Below, piece after piece: positions 62,835-64,000 of a stretch of 64,000 bases of DNA. This DNA is from Mayamaea pseudoterrestris (taxonomy: Eukaryota). The DNA lies in contig BROI01000027.1 of the NCBI GenBank assembly GCA_027923505.1, forward strand, positions 1 through 64,000, given 5' to 3'. The first letter of the stretch is position 1; every line of letters begins with the position of its first letter. The translations under genes were made by a program, and so were the position numbers. The notes under the pieces were generated by a model. That model saw only the letters and a list, made by a program, of their open reading frames with translations, had not been told where the DNA came from and did not search any database.

Positions 62835-63998
62835 ATGACGTTCTTTCCTCGCTCTAGTCTCGCCGCAGCTCTCGTTGCCGCCGCTTGCGTCTCGTTCGTT
62901 CCGTCCACGCTCGCCCAAGACACTTGCCAACTTTGCCCTTCCGGATCAACCATGAACAATGTCGACAAGCCCTTTTACGGAACCGGCGATAACGCGCCTG
63001 CAACCTGCGGAGGTTTCGATGAGTTGCTGGCGCTCATTCCGGCTGATTCCTGCGAGGCGACGCTCGAATCGCAGGGCGTGCTGAGTCCAGTGAACTTGCG
63101 CGTCTACTGCGAGTGCTCCGGCGTGGACGCTCCCAATGTGTGCGACTTGTGCAATGGCGGCGATCTCATTGCAGGGTCCGATGAGCCGTCGCAAATCTTG
63201 GCGGGCTACACGTGCAATCAAATCAATGACTTGTTTGCCAGTTCGACCGAGGCGGATAACTGCGGTGAAAACGACTTGTCGGCTGCTGCGGCACTATGCT
63301 GCGAGGGAGGAACTGGACTTAATATTACCTTTTCGGATGATGACGCCGTTACAGGAGGAAACATGACAGCCATGCCTGACTCCAACAGCACCATGGCTCC
63401 GACCTCGAATGGTGGCGACGAAAACGCGACTGCCATTTGCCAAATTTGCGCCGACGGAAGCGACCCTACCAACGACGCCACTATTCCTCTATTGGAAATG
63501 TCTTGCTCCGTCTTTCAAGCCTTTCCAATCCCTGTAGCAGTGTGCAGTGAACTCAAGTCGCAGATTGCGATTGGAGCGCTCTGTGGATGCGCCGGCGAGG
63601 AACCTCCCAATGCTTGTCCCTTGTGCGGCGACGGACAAGTTTCCAACTCGTCGGATCTTGTCAATGTACCAAACGGGGGCTCATTGACCTGCCAAGATGC
63701 TTTAATGTTGTCTATGTTTGCGGGTGAGAACCTTTGCAACTCGAGTGTCCAGGAGCTGGAGGCTGTTTGCTGCGTGGATGCTTCCGCAGCGACAGTAGCA
63801 CCTACTCCAGCCGAAGCGGATTCCCCTGTGGCGGCGCCAACGGCCGGAAGCGGCAGCGATACGTCGGAACCTACTGCTGCGCCAATTGGAGCTACCAATG
63901 AACAAGACTCTAGTACAAGTATGGCTGCCCAGCCGAATCACGGCTTGACGTCAATGGTCGGCGGATTTTTGATTGCCGTTGTGGCTGCAATGATGTAA
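62835..63998 (+). CDS. Secreted cysteine-rich cell-surface glycoprotein, probably GPI-anchored (387 aa from ATG 62835)
   Basis: Uninterrupted ORF. Hydrophobic signal peptide (MTFFPRSSLAAALVAAACVSFVPSTLA|QD). Four CxxC...(T/S)C...C...C modules in two pairs. N-glycosylation sequons (NIT, NMT, NST, NAT, NSS). APT/PTAAP stalk and a hydrophobic C-terminal tail with no cytosolic part. Confidence 0.85.
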   Translation: MTFFPRSSLAAALVAAACVSFVPSTLAQDTCQLCPSGSTMNNVDKPFYGTGDNAPATCGGFDELLALIPADSCEATLESQGVLSPVNLRVYCECSGVDAPNVCDLCNGGDLIAGSDEPSQILAGYTCNQINDLFASSTEADNCGENDLSAAAALCCEGGTGLNITFSDDDAVTGGNMTAMPDSNSTMAPTSNGGDENATAICQICADGSDPTNDATIPLLEMSCSVFQAFPIPVAVCSELKSQIAIGALCGCAGEEPPNACPLCGDGQVSNSSDLVNVPNGGSLTCQDALMLSMFAGENLCNSSVQELEAVCCVDASAATVAPTPAEADSPVAAPTAGSGSDTSEPTAAPIGATNEQDSSTSMAAQPNHGLTSMVGGFLIAVVAAMM

Positions 63999-64000
63999 AT

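Overview
Eukaryotic heterochromatin, most likely from a pennate diatom. This is inferred from the CoDi-type Ty1/copia elements and a PTAAP/Cys-rich secreted protein. Bases 1-21596 are a 169-bp tandem satellite of about 110 monomers and about 50% GC. It has an almost invariant 9-1-9 dyad, further variant-dependent inverted repeats, a 3382-bp (20-monomer) higher-order duplication and frequent CpG-deamination variants. The array is interrupted at about 9224-12000 by a DIRS/Ngaro-type RT-RNase H retroelement whose 3' end blurs back into satellite. From 21597 to about 62100 lies a nest of LTR retrotransposons. Two related CoDi-I-like copia families (A, 401-bp LTR; B, 329-bp LTR) share an RGG-type Gag, a chromodomain-like module after the integrase and a non-canonical PBS. 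Family B's PBS is complementary to a tRNA-Asn anticodon arm, which suggests half-tRNA priming. There are also older copia and gypsy relics and a DYRK-like kinase pseudogene. The only intact host gene is a secreted, probably GPI-anchored Cys-rich protein at 62835-63998. The layout (satellite, then chromo-copia nest, then gene) resembles the edge of a satellite centromere or heterochromatin block. Several junctions and the exact 6284-bp duplication look like assembly or consensus artefacts and need read-level checks.
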